NCBI GenBank assembly: GCA_046595995.1
Contig: JBKJNB010000083.1
Location: 71,445 to 135,444, forward strand
Length of the DNA: 64,000 nucleotides
Reading direction: 5' to 3'
DNA from: Candidatus Kapaibacteriota bacterium
GTDB taxonomy: Bacteria; Bacteroidota; Ignavibacteria; Kapaibacteriales; Kapaibacteriaceae
Below the pieces are notes generated by a model that searched no databases, had not been told where the DNA came from, and saw only the letters and a list, made by a program, of their open reading frames with translations. This document shows, piece after piece, positions 8,982 through 18,516 of this stretch. A program made the position numbers and the translations under genes. Each line of letters starts with the position of its first letter. Position 1 is the stretch's first letter.

Positions 8982-10319
8982 CTAGGCGGACTCTAAGTCG
9001 AATGCTTCGATGGAGTCAACGGTTCCTTCTAACGACTCGCGTACTACATCCCAAACGCCGCTCGCGCCGACGGCCCAGCGGCGCTCGTCGAAGAGTCGTT
9101 GTTGAACGGGGAATAGCAACTCGGGTGTGAGTCTTTGAATGGCCTCTACATGTCGGTCGAAGTAATCCATGGGCAGACCATGAAGAATGATTTGCCACAA
9201 CATGCCTGCAGTCTGCTGAGGTGTTTCGGTGCTGCGTACGAATTGTCCGAGCAACGCCTGACGGGCATTCTCCATTTCTTCAGCACCAATTAGCTCGGTG
9301 CGAAGTCGCTTGAGTTCGTCAGCAATCGTTACTACGGTGTCCTTGCTAAACTCGTTGCCAACACTCGTTGCTAACATGAGAACGTTAGAATGCTTGCGTA
9401 CATCGGCGTACGCGTACGCGCCGTACGTGTAGCCCTTTTGCTCACGCAACACCGTGAACAGACGAGCAAGCTGGTAGCCTCCAAGAATTTCGCCAATGAG
9501 CTGCGTTGCGGGATAATCGGCGTCGAGGAAATTCACACCCGGCAGAACGATGCGAAACGCCGTCTGTACAGCGTCATCCTTACGTGCTATGCGAGCTGTA
9601 CGTGTTTGAACGTGCGCGCGATCAATTCTCTTCTGCTCAACAGGGCGTGGCAATTTTCCGTATGTACTCTCTAGTGTTTTTATGATGGTCGATCGATCGA
9701 ACTTACCTGCGACGACGATCGACCTAGGAGCAGTAAGCATGCGTTCGTGCACCGCTATCATGACATCGCGATTTAACAATTGCAACGAGGCCGCCGTGCC
9801 CTCTCGTGATCGTGCGTATGGATGTGCGCCATATGCAACCGCACCAACTGCGCGCGCCGCGAGCCAATCTGGGTCGCTTGCATTCATTAACATGTCGGCC
9901 AACCGTCGCTGTCGTTGTCGGTCAATTTCGAGCTGGTCGAACCGCGGAGCCAGGAGGCACTCTGACGACAGCCGTACGATATCTTCTACGTATTCGGCGA
10001 GACCTGCCCCATAGATGCTCGACGCATCACGGTCTGCGCTTGAACGCACCGAACAGCCTCTCCCCTCTACTTCTTCGGCAAACTCTTCTGCCGTAAGACT
10101 CTTCGTGCCACGACCCATCATTTCTGCGGTAAACGAAGAGGCCCCTCCGATATCGTCGAACACACCTCCGGTTTCAATACCAGCAGTGATCGTAAAGAGG
10201 TCTTCATCGGGCCGCGGAATGAGGAAGACATTGGTGCCATTCGAGAGTGATTCGCGCTCCACAGACGGGAATGCGTAACGGAGTGGCTCGTGAGAGAGCG
10301 GAGCTTGCGGGAAGTGCAT
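8982..10319 (-). CDS. M16 (pitrilysin/insulinase) family peptidase-like protein, apparently lacking the HxxEH zinc motif (non-catalytic subunit type)
   Basis: Length and tandem M16 domain architecture fit the family: FLIPRPDEDLF..., ...YGAG..., C-terminal M16_C-like region. No HxxEH was found. Confidence 0.65.
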   Translation of the reverse strand: MHFPQAPLSHEPLRYAFPSVERESLSNGTNVFLIPRPDEDLFTITAGIETGGVFDDIGGASSFTAEMMGRGTKSLTAEEFAEEVEGRGCSVRSSADRDASSIYGAGLAEYVEDIVRLSSECLLAPRFDQLEIDRQRQRRLADMLMNASDPDWLAARAVGAVAYGAHPYARSREGTAASLQLLNRDVMIAVHERMLTAPRSIVVAGKFDRSTIIKTLESTYGKLPRPVEQKRIDRAHVQTRTARIARKDDAVQTAFRIVLPGVNFLDADYPATQLIGEILGGYQLARLFTVLREQKGYTYGAYAYADVRKHSNVLMLATSVGNEFSKDTVVTIADELKRLRTELIGAEEMENARQALLGQFVRSTETPQQTAGMLWQIILHGLPMDYFDRHVEAIQRLTPELLFPVQQRLFDERRWAVGASGVWDVVRESLEGTVDSIEAFDLESA

Positions 10320-10335
10320 TCCGTAAATTTAACGG

Positions 10336-11118
10336 ATGCAGCAATCCGAAGGCTTACTTACAGGAAGATGTGTCCTAATTACTGGTGCCTCGAGTGGTAT
10401 CGGCTGGGCCTGCGCGCACGTGTTTGCCGAGCAGGGGGCTCGCCTCGTCTTGTGGTCTAGACGCGCCGACAGACTCGAGGAACTGCGCGCAGAGCTTGTA
10501 GGAATTGGCGCGGACGTGCTTGTTCAGTGTGTCGATGTTCGTAACGAAGAGGCGGTTTGCCTAGCCGCCGAAGCATTGAAGTCGTTTTCTGACCATGTGG
10601 ACGTCCTCATTAATAATGCTGGACTCTCTCGCGGACTCGAACCCATTCACGAGGGTGTTAGCGCGAACTGGGAAGAAATGATAGACACAAACATTAAGGG
10701 GCTCTTGTACGTTACCCGATCGATTACTCCCGGTATGGTGCAGCGCAAGTCAGGGCTGGTAATAAACATTGCTAGTATCGCCGGATTTCAGGCATACAAG
10801 GGTGGCAACGTGTACAGCGCCACAAAAGCTGCGGTTCGCATGCTTTCGCAATCGATGCAAGTAGACCTTAACGGCACAGGCGTGCGCACGTGCAACATCG
10901 ACCCGGGGCTCGTTGAAACTGAATTCTCAATTGTTCGATTTCGAGGCGACACTGAACGCGCATCAACGATTTACAAAGGATACACGCCGCTTACTGGGCG
11001 CGATGTTGCAGAGGCCGCACTCTTTGCCGCGACACGTCCGCAGCATGTATCCATTCAGGACATTCTCATCACACCAACCGATCAGGCATCTGTCACGGTT
11101 GTGAACAAACACCTTTAG
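10336..11118 (+). CDS. SDR-family NADP-dependent 3-hydroxy acid (serine/malonic semialdehyde) dehydrogenase, YdfG-like
   Basis: The TGASSGIG cofactor motif, the YxxxK catalytic pair (YSATKAAV) and a YdfG-like C-terminal region are present. Confidence 0.8.
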   Translation: MQQSEGLLTGRCVLITGASSGIGWACAHVFAEQGARLVLWSRRADRLEELRAELVGIGADVLVQCVDVRNEEAVCLAAEALKSFSDHVDVLINNAGLSRGLEPIHEGVSANWEEMIDTNIKGLLYVTRSITPGMVQRKSGLVINIASIAGFQAYKGGNVYSATKAAVRMLSQSMQVDLNGTGVRTCNIDPGLVETEFSIVRFRGDTERASTIYKGYTPLTGRDVAEAALFAATRPQHVSIQDILITPTDQASVTVVNKHL

Positions 11119-11124
11119 GAATAC

Positions 11125-11394
11125 ATGCCAACTGTCCACTACATCGTGGAGGGGGACGTCCAAGGCGTCGGCTTCCGACGCTTCATCCATCACGCCGCAC
11201 AACGCATGAACCTCCATGGATTTGTCACGAACCTCGAGAACGGGTCTATCGAGTGTGTTGCGCAGGGGTCAACCGATGCCCTAACGGAATTGGAGATGCT
11301 CATGCGGCAGGGCCCGAGCAACTCACGCATCAGTTCTCTTACTTGCACCGACACAAGCGATACACGTACGTATACCCAGTTCCGAATCGTTTAA
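11125..11394 (+). CDS. acyP: Acylphosphatase
   Basis: VQGVGFR...GFV.N..NGSVE is the acylphosphatase signature; the product is 89 aa. Confidence 0.85.
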   Translation: MPTVHYIVEGDVQGVGFRRFIHHAAQRMNLHGFVTNLENGSIECVAQGSTDALTELEMLMRQGPSNSRISSLTCTDTSDTRTYTQFRIV

Positions 11395-11442
11395 CGAGTA
11401 GTTCCGCATTGTTTAACGAGTAGTTCCGCATCGTTTAATACG
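11388..11442. repeat. 22-bp tandem direct repeat, about 2.5 copies (cgtttaacgagtagttccgcat), overlapping the acyP stop and lying upstream of the next SDR gene
   Basis: Read directly: cgtttaacgagtagttccgcat / tgtttaacgagtagttccgcat / cgtttaatacg. Confidence 0.8.
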
Positions 11443-11462
11443 TCTATGCATTTGCTAACTCA

Positions 11463-12338
11463 ATGACCATTGATAACAAATCGGTAGTCCTTCTCACGGG
11501 CGCTTCCTCTGGCGTCGGCGCTGCCTTTGCCGAACTCCTGGGCAAGCGCGGCGCGCACGTAGCACTCGTAGCACGCCGCAGTTCACACCTTCAAGAGGTT
11601 GCTGAAAGGGTCCGCTATGCAGGGGGCACACCCCTCGTAATTACAGCCGACGTCTCACAAGAGGCAGAATGTGAGCGCGTGGTACGCGAGACTGTTGCGG
11701 CGTTTGGAGAGATTACTGTGCTTGTAAACAACGCCGGACGTGGCAATCGAGCAAGCGTAGAGGATACGACAACGGCTGACCTCGACACCATGTTCAGACT
11801 GAACGTGTATGCACAGTTCTGGTTAACCGCACGAGTGCTGCCCGGCATGAAGACCGCAGGCTTGGGTTACATCTTAAACATTTCCAGTTTCGCCGGCAAG
11901 GTTGGCTTCCCTTTCAATGCTGCGTACGTAGCTGCGAAGCACGCAGTCGTTGGCTTTACAGCATCACTTCGTGCAGAATTATTAGACACTGGTGTCGAAG
12001 CAGCATGTGTGTGTCCGGCCGGCATCATTACCGACTGGGCCGCTGTCACAGAAGGAGGTCCGATTGGTGATGTCTTCGCCCAGGGCATCAAGGCTTCTCG
12101 CGCCATAGCGCGCGAACGCGCGCTGCCCCTTGCCCCACTCACACGCATGATGTCTGCAATCGATGTTGCAACTGCACTAGTAGCAGTGCTGGAAGGTGGA
12201 CGCACGGACGATGTCTTCACGCACGAAGGCACTGAAGCGCAGGCTCTGCTTGCTGCTACCAAGCGCACAGCACTGGAGGACGAAATGCTTCCGTTGTTTC
12301 TCGGAATGCGCCAAGCGTACGAGGAGGCCCCGCGTTGA
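11463..12338 (+). CDS. SDR-family oxidoreductase
   Basis: The TGASSGVG glycine motif and the YVAAKHAV catalytic Tyr/Lys are present. Confidence 0.8.
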   Translation: MTIDNKSVVLLTGASSGVGAAFAELLGKRGAHVALVARRSSHLQEVAERVRYAGGTPLVITADVSQEAECERVVRETVAAFGEITVLVNNAGRGNRASVEDTTTADLDTMFRLNVYAQFWLTARVLPGMKTAGLGYILNISSFAGKVGFPFNAAYVAAKHAVVGFTASLRAELLDTGVEAACVCPAGIITDWAAVTEGGPIGDVFAQGIKASRAIARERALPLAPLTRMMSAIDVATALVAVLEGGRTDDVFTHEGTEAQALLAATKRTALEDEMLPLFLGMRQAYEEAPR

Positions 12339-14824
12339 GATTGTGCCAACGATATCGTGTGCTGATGTGTATTTGGTTTGCACTTAGTTGCACGCTGCTC
12401 GCACTTACTTGCGCGTTGGCGCACGCGCAGGACACTACACCTGCTGCTAGTTTAGACAAGCCAGTTGTTTTGAGCACAAAGCCCATCGTCGCACTTGTGC
12501 TTTCGGGTGGTGGTGCACGAGGCGTGGCACAGATTGGTGTGCTACGCGAGCTTGAACGTCAGGGTGTGTACCCCGACATCGTAGTGGGTACAAGCATTGG
12601 GGCTGTCATTGGCGGCCTCTACGCGGCGGGCTATACTCCGGATCAGCTCGATTCGATTTTCACATCGATTGATTGGGATGAGCTGACGTCGTTTCGCGAT
12701 GACACGAAACGAGGAAGGCTCTTCTTCGCACAGAAGCAAGAAGACGATAGAAGTTTGCTTACGCTTCGCTTTCGTGACTTCGGCTTCATCGCACCTCAGG
12801 CAATTGGCGGCAGTGCGCGAATGAGTGCGCTGTTGCAGGATCTTCTCTGGAAGAGTCCGTGGAATTCCACCACAAACTTTGACAGTCTCTTTGTACGCTT
12901 CCGTTCAATCTGCACCAACCTTGCAGACGGAAAGATGGTTGCCCTGAAAGACGGCAACCTGGCAACAGCGTTGCGCGCGAGCGCGACATTCCCGTTACGA
13001 TATGCGCCGGTATATGTCGGTGACAGCATTCTGGTGGATGGCGGACTCGTCGCGAACATTCCCTACGAAGCAGCGGCTGCACTAAAACCAGACATCATCA
13101 TTGTTGTGAACACGGTAAGCGATTACTACACACGTTCTGATTTAAACTCTCCGTTCAACATTGCCGATCAGGCGCTGACGGCCGCAATGAAGCAGCGCGA
13201 TACTATGTGGCTTAGGAAGGCCGACATTCTAATTGAGCCCTCGTTAGGTAAGCATCAGATGTTTGACTTCACGACGTTGAAGGATGTCATCGCTGCAGGT
13301 GAGCGGGCTACAACCATGCTTTCGGGTCCGGTATGGGATCGAATTCGTGCGTCCTACTCAACACCCTCGACGGTCAACATCATTCGCGACGCGCGTGCTA
13401 TCTGTTCGATCCCGGTTGATACAATTGGTGCGGTTCGATCTGTGCTCGACGATGCGCAAGCGCGGTCGTGGTCGCCTTTGTTCAAGCGTTTACATACACG
13501 GCGCCTATTACGTGCGCTGCACGAAAGTGGAGCAGAGTTGGCCTATGTCCGTTCAGCTTCGTACAACGAGGCGACCGGCGTGGCAACGTGGTGCATCGAC
13601 GAGGGTCGAGTTTCATCAATAGGCATCGACAAGCGTCGAGTTGTCGACACTGCATTTATCGAACGCGAACTGACGTTCTCGGCGAACGATGTCGTATACA
13701 CCACAGCGTTATCGCGCACCGCTGACAACTTGCGTGTTGCAGAAATGCTCGACGATTCCGACCTATGGATCTCACCACACAGAGACAGCGGACTTGCCGT
13801 TACCGTTAGCGCAATCGATCGTGGCAATCAGATTATTCGAATAGGCGCTCGCATCGACAACGAACGATACACGCAAGGTGGTATCGATGTGATTCAGCAG
13901 AACCTCGGAAATTCTTCAGTCCGTGCCTCGATTCGTGCAATGGGAAGTCAGCGCATAGGCGAACTGTCTGCAACATTCGAAATTCCACGAATCGCAGGTA
14001 CGCTTTGGACTACGCGGCTAAGTGGATATGGGGCTTTCCGCAATGTTTGGCAGTACGGGACCATCACCGGTCGGCCGCCTAACGCACCGTTGCGTGAACA
14101 AATTGGCGAGTTCGTAGAGGAACGATACGGCGGCAGGTTATCTGCTGGGCGCCAGCTCGAGCGCAACGGCGTACTGCTAGCCGAGTTCCGTTATGAGCAC
14201 CAGCGATACCGCGATCTAAATGGCTCTGAAGACCCTCTGTTTAGGCCCCTTGCCACGTTACGAGCTGTCGGACGATGGGATGATCGCGACCAAATAGATT
14301 TTCCTACCCAGGGGCGCGTTGTGAATCTATCGGCGGAAACGAGCGTGTTATCACTTTCCGACGGCATTACATTCACGAAACTTGTTGCGAGCGTCAGTCA
14401 CACGCAGAGCATTGGTGCCGTCGTGGTAACGCCGTCTTTCCTCCTTGGTGCTGCCGATAGAACGCTACCTGGTCCGGAGTTGTTCTCGCTCGGCGGACAG
14501 GACTTATTCTTTGGAATGCGCGAGGATGAAGAGCGTGGCAGGCAGATCCTCGTCGGAAACCTGGACGTTCGCGTTAAGCTCCCGGTGAAAATCTTTTTCG
14601 ACACGTATGTCTCTCTACGTTATGACATCGGTGCGATCTGGGCCCAGCCAGAATTCATTCGTATCGGTGACATGCAGCACGGCATTGGTACCACCATCGG
14701 TATCGACACACCGGTGGGTCCGGCGCTACTATCTCTCGGACGTCGTTTCTATTTCCTCGACCAGCCGGCGGCCATTGCATGGGGTCCGTTGCTCGCCTAC
14801 TTCGCCATCGGTTTACGGCTGTAA
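12335..14824 (+). CDS. Patatin-like phospholipase fused to a POTRA/Omp85 (BamA-like) beta-barrel; PlpD-like type Vd secreted lipase
   Basis: Signal peptide. The patatin motifs GGGARG and GTSIGA ([18 protein letters not shown]) are present. The C-terminal region of about 350 aa is rich in aromatic and Gly beta-strands and ends ...AYFAIGLRL, typical of the surface-antigen D15 family. The start is the TTG at 12335, overlapping the upstream stop, or the ATG at 12365. Confidence 0.75.
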   Translation: MRLCQRYRVLMCIWFALSCTLLALTCALAHAQDTTPAASLDKPVVLSTKPIVALVLSGGGARGVAQIGVLRELERQGVYPDIVVGTSIGAVIGGLYAAGYTPDQLDSIFTSIDWDELTSFRDDTKRGRLFFAQKQEDDRSLLTLRFRDFGFIAPQAIGGSARMSALLQDLLWKSPWNSTTNFDSLFVRFRSICTNLADGKMVALKDGNLATALRASATFPLRYAPVYVGDSILVDGGLVANIPYEAAAALKPDIIIVVNTVSDYYTRSDLNSPFNIADQALTAAMKQRDTMWLRKADILIEPSLGKHQMFDFTTLKDVIAAGERATTMLSGPVWDRIRASYSTPSTVNIIRDARAICSIPVDTIGAVRSVLDDAQARSWSPLFKRLHTRRLLRALHESGAELAYVRSASYNEATGVATWCIDEGRVSSIGIDKRRVVDTAFIERELTFSANDVVYTTALSRTADNLRVAEMLDDSDLWISPHRDSGLAVTVSAIDRGNQIIRIGARIDNERYTQGGIDVIQQNLGNSSVRASIRAMGSQRIGELSATFEIPRIAGTLWTTRLSGYGAFRNVWQYGTITGRPPNAPLREQIGEFVEERYGGRLSAGRQLERNGVLLAEFRYEHQRYRDLNGSEDPLFRPLATLRAVGRWDDRDQIDFPTQGRVVNLSAETSVLSLSDGITFTKLVASVSHTQSIGAVVVTPSFLLGAADRTLPGPELFSLGGQDLFFGMREDEERGRQILVGNLDVRVKLPVKIFFDTYVSLRYDIGAIWAQPEFIRIGDMQHGIGTTIGIDTPVGPALLSLGRRFYFLDQPAAIAWGPLLAYFAIGLRL

Positions 14825-14872
14825 GTCTGCGATCTCGATCCGTCAGTTGTCCGCTGTTGTAATTTGCTACCT

Positions 14873-15871
14873 ATGGAACGAAGCCTCTTTACAAAGATCA
14901 TCGATCGTGACATTCCCGCTACGATCGAGTACGAAGACGACAGTGTTATCGCCATTCGCGACATCGCTCCCGTTGCTCCCGTACACATCCTCATCATCCC
15001 GAAGAAGCCTCTTCTAAACGTCAACTCTGTCAACCCAGAAGACCACGCCCTATTGGGCCACATCTTCCATGTCGCCCAGCAGATGGCAACGAAGTTTAAC
15101 ATCACAGATAGCGGCTATAGAGTCATAACAAATGTTAATGATGACGGTGGTCAAAGCGTTTCACATCTCCACTTTCACCTTCTCGGTGGGCAAGCGCTCG
15201 GGTATATGACATCGCATCGCGTGCACAACACCTTCTGGCGCGACCTCGCCGTCCTTCTGGTTGCTGCCATCGTCCTTGCATATGGTTACAACGAGTTAAA
15301 CCCGAAACACATTAAGTGGGTGCGTCCGGTCTACACAACAGACACGCTAGCAACATCCACGATTATGATGCCAGACTCCCTGACGCACAAGAGCGGCGCT
15401 GGCAACGCCGTCACCAACGCTTCGGATGCTATGACGCACACAGTGGATGCGTTGAAGGACTCGATAAAGCGCAGCGCCAACTCCACAACACGAAACGCTG
15501 TCGATACAGTAAAGGCGCTCCCTTCAGCCCCATGCTACGTTGCTCAAGCTGGTGTTATTAAAGAAATCAGCTATGATCAGTTTGTAATGTTTCTTAAGAT
15601 GCCATGCGTTGCGTTAATCGACGCTCGAATACCAGAGAGCTACGCAAAAGGTCATGTGCAGAACGCGATTAATATAGACGGCACCCAAGCAGAATCGCCT
15701 GACGTAATTCCGCTCCTCGCAGCATTTCCGCATGACAAAATCATTGTCATATACTGCGATGGTGGCGAGTGTGAACTCAGCCATCGCGTTGCCGACGTCT
15801 TAAAGAACTTCGGATACGGCCCCATCTACATCTACACAGGCGGCTGGGCCGAATGGAGCAAGAAGAAGTGA
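14873..15871 (+). CDS. HIT-family hydrolase domain fused via a TM segment to a C-terminal rhodanese-like domain
   Basis: The N-terminus MERSLFTKIIDRDIPA...HLHFHLLGG contains the HIT HxHxHxx motif. The hydrophobic segment LAVLLVAAIVLAYGY follows. The C-terminal region about 100 aa long has a rhodanese fold with the Cys loop IYCDGGECELSH. All are in one frame with no intervening stop; the internal ATG (YMTSHR) at about 15200 could be an alternative start. Confidence 0.6.
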   Translation: MERSLFTKIIDRDIPATIEYEDDSVIAIRDIAPVAPVHILIIPKKPLLNVNSVNPEDHALLGHIFHVAQQMATKFNITDSGYRVITNVNDDGGQSVSHLHFHLLGGQALGYMTSHRVHNTFWRDLAVLLVAAIVLAYGYNELNPKHIKWVRPVYTTDTLATSTIMMPDSLTHKSGAGNAVTNASDAMTHTVDALKDSIKRSANSTTRNAVDTVKALPSAPCYVAQAGVIKEISYDQFVMFLKMPCVALIDARIPESYAKGHVQNAINIDGTQAESPDVIPLLAAFPHDKIIVIYCDGGECELSHRVADVLKNFGYGPIYIYTGGWAEWSKKK

Positions 15872-17091
15872 CCGCTACGCGCCAGGTGCTGCGACAGCTT
15901 GTTACGCGCTTTGGCCTTGTCGGCGAAGCGCCACTAATGATGCAGGCCATCTCTCGCCTACTACAAGTAGCACCAACCGACCTGACGGTTTTGCTAACTG
16001 GCGAAACAGGCACAGGCAAGGAAGTATTTGCCCATGCTGTTCATGAATTAAGCGAGCGCAAGAAATTTCCGTTCGTCAGTGTGAACTGTAGCGCGATACC
16101 CGAAACGCTTCTTGAGAGTGAATTGTTTGGGGCTCAGAAGGGGGCTTATACCGGCAGTGTTGAGCAAAGAAAAGGGTTCTTTGAATCGGCGAACAAAGGC
16201 ACAATTTTTCTCGATGAGATTGGCGAGATGCCAATCGGCACACAGGTGAAACTGTTACGCATTCTCGAGTCGGGTGAGTTTACGAGGCTCGGTTCATCAG
16301 AATTGCAGAAGGTTGACGTTCGACTCATCACCGCGACAAATCGCGATTTACAGTATGAAGTGCGTCAGGGTCGGTTCCGTCAGGACTTGTACTTCCGCCT
16401 GAATTCAGTCAACATTCACCTGCCACCGCTGCGACAGCACCCCGATGACATTCCACTGCTGGTTGAGTACTTTGCCGAGAAGACAGCCGAGCGCGCATCC
16501 ATTCCATACGCTGGCATTGAGGCAGATGCCCTCTTAGTGCTCACGCAATACGCGTGGCCAGGCAATGTTCGCGAGTTGCGCAATGTTGTCGAAACGATGG
16601 TTACGCTAGAGCGTGGCACTCGCATTACAGTCGACATTGTGCATCGCTATCTACCCGACGTCGAGGTCGCCAACACCGAACCCGTCACCGCCATCGTGCG
16701 AGTTGCCGACACACGCCAGCCTGCATCAACCGACGCAGACATAAGCACCATGTATCGCGCGCTACTCCAGTTAAGTGCCGATGTTATGGATGTAAAAAAC
16801 GTGCTGCGTCACCTGTTGGCCATGTCTGTACCGCAAGAACACGACGGCACACCTCCGTCAATTGTCCCACGCGATGCACCATCAGCGGGCATTCGCGAGA
16901 CATCTTCCTCAGCCGTTCGTGAAGTACGTTCTATGAGTGAACTGCCGACTCTGAACGTGGCCGATCTCGAACGACAGGCAATCGTCGAAGCATTGCGTAA
17001 TTCTCAGGGCAACCGCCGCGAAGCAGCAACGCTGCTGGGGTTGAGCGAGCGGACGCTCTATCGCAAAATCGATGAGTACGGCCTAGCGTAA
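15853..17091 (+). CDS. Sigma-54-dependent transcriptional activator (AAA+ bEBP with C-terminal Fis-type HTH), no N-terminal sensor/receiver domain (PspF-like architecture)
   Basis: Walker A GETGTGKE, the GAFTGA-like loop GAYTGS, ESGEF, R-finger region and the C-terminal HTH EAATLLGLSERTLYRKI are present. Only about 25 aa precede the AAA+ core. The gene overlaps the upstream ORF by 19 nt. Confidence 0.85.
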   Translation: MEQEEVTATRQVLRQLVTRFGLVGEAPLMMQAISRLLQVAPTDLTVLLTGETGTGKEVFAHAVHELSERKKFPFVSVNCSAIPETLLESELFGAQKGAYTGSVEQRKGFFESANKGTIFLDEIGEMPIGTQVKLLRILESGEFTRLGSSELQKVDVRLITATNRDLQYEVRQGRFRQDLYFRLNSVNIHLPPLRQHPDDIPLLVEYFAEKTAERASIPYAGIEADALLVLTQYAWPGNVRELRNVVETMVTLERGTRITVDIVHRYLPDVEVANTEPVTAIVRVADTRQPASTDADISTMYRALLQLSADVMDVKNVLRHLLAMSVPQEHDGTPPSIVPRDAPSAGIRETSSSAVREVRSMSELPTLNVADLERQAIVEALRNSQGNRREAATLLGLSERTLYRKIDEYGLA

Positions 17092-17096
17092 CCCTC

Positions 17097-17158
17097 CATT
17101 CCGGGAGATAATGATTCCCGGAATCAACCTCATTCCGGGAATCATTATCTCCCGGAAT
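17097..17158. repeat. REP-like palindromic element, dimeric copy (two hairpins, stem ATTCCGGGA/TCCCGGAAT)
   Basis: The sequence is cattccgggagataatgattcccggaatcaacctcattccgggaatcattatctcccggaat, lying between two convergent genes. The second hairpin contains the stop codon of the minus-strand cyclase gene. Confidence 0.85.
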
Positions 17159-18005
17159 AACTCAGATCTCGTTCATCGATCTGGTGCCGAGGCATTTCGT
17201 CGAGGGCGCAGTTTTGAATCGGATGTAGCAAGGGCCGCGACGGTGCTGCATCGCCATCAAACGACGGTACACCTAAATGGAGTAGATATTCTCCATCAGG
17301 CACTGCGTCGTCCACGTAGATCAACTCGGTTATGGTTCTGTCGTTGCGCGGTGCATGGGGCCACTGCCAGAATACTTTATGCGCTTCGAGTAAACCGCCG
17401 TCTTCTTCAGGATCGACTGAAGGCAGATCGAGCAGCAAATGCTTGACCCCTCGTTCGTGGATGGTCTGCATCGCAGCCAACTCGACGTATGCCGGTTTTT
17501 GTCCGGACCACATTCGCGTCCGTTTTTCAACGTCGTTTGGCAGCGTGCGAATGACGAGCGCGTCAACGTGATCTTCGCGTGTCCAGGCCCCCTTCTGCCC
17601 CTTGCCTAAGTCATCCTGCACCTTCCCCCATGCGTCCTTCAGGTCGGTGTCGAGGATGCAGGAACTGCCGTCGGAAAAAAAGTGCAGAGGTACTGTCACG
17701 ACGCGTGCCATGAAGAGCACGTCTCGCAAACAGTCACTCAGAACAAACGATCGGCCTGCAACATGTCCAATGCATTCAGTGTGAGTACCGTTGCCATGAG
17801 GCGCTATTGTAATTACGTCGCATCGACATGGACCTCCGTCCTCGACGCTACCAACGAAGCCATCCGCCCTAAATGGCTCGAACGTTGGTGCAGGAAGGTG
17901 GAATGCGTTCGGCGAAGACGTCGCCGATATCGGAAGCGAAAGATCGTGGAACACGGTGCTATTCCACCGAATGGTTTTCTTGTTGTCGATGAAGAGGAAG
18001 TCCAT
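17145..18005 (-). CDS. Cyclase-family protein (kynurenine formamidase/arylformamidase-like)
   Basis: The H..GTH..C.GH metal-binding motif (ITIAPHGNGTHTECIGHV) is present. Length is about 286 aa. Confidence 0.5.
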   Translation of the reverse strand: MDFLFIDNKKTIRWNSTVFHDLSLPISATSSPNAFHLPAPTFEPFRADGFVGSVEDGGPCRCDVITIAPHGNGTHTECIGHVAGRSFVLSDCLRDVLFMARVVTVPLHFFSDGSSCILDTDLKDAWGKVQDDLGKGQKGAWTREDHVDALVIRTLPNDVEKRTRMWSGQKPAYVELAAMQTIHERGVKHLLLDLPSVDPEEDGGLLEAHKVFWQWPHAPRNDRTITELIYVDDAVPDGEYLLHLGVPSFDGDAAPSRPLLHPIQNCALDEMPRHQIDERDLSYSGR

Positions 18006-18078
18006 GGCGCAATATGGTGACTTGTCCTACTAGCTCATTCCCTATTTTTGTTCACACAAGTAATTCGAGAGGTGATAA

Positions 18079-18507
18079 ATGTCGCGCACCCTCAACAAAG
18101 TAATGCTTATCGGCAACGCCGGTAAGGATCCCGAAGTAAACTTTACTCCAAGTGGAGTGAAGGTCACGCAATTCCGACTAGCCACGTCGGAAACATGGAA
18201 AGACAAAGACGGCGCCGTCCAGGAACACACAGACTGGCACACCATTATAGCGTGGCGCGGTCTTGCAGATATCGTCGAGAAACTTGTGAAACGTGGATCT
18301 CGCGTGTATGTCGAGGGTAAGATCCAAAGTCGAACATTCGAAGACCGAGAAGGCAACAAACGATACATCACTGAAATCGTCGCTGACAACCTGTTGCTAC
18401 TTGACGCCAAGCGACCCGATCATGCTTCCGACAACGGAGAGCATGAGGTAACCGCCTCAACGTCAATATCATCCGAGCACGGCAGATCCGACGAGATCCC
18501 TTTTTGA
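18079..18507 (+). CDS. ssb: Single-stranded DNA-binding protein
   Basis: OB-fold N-terminus MSRTLNKVMLIGNAGKDPE... and the acidic C-terminal tip DEIPF. Confidence 0.9.
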   Translation: MSRTLNKVMLIGNAGKDPEVNFTPSGVKVTQFRLATSETWKDKDGAVQEHTDWHTIIAWRGLADIVEKLVKRGSRVYVEGKIQSRTFEDREGNKRYITEIVADNLLLLDAKRPDHASDNGEHEVTASTSISSEHGRSDEIPF

Positions 18508-18516
18508 TCGAACAAC

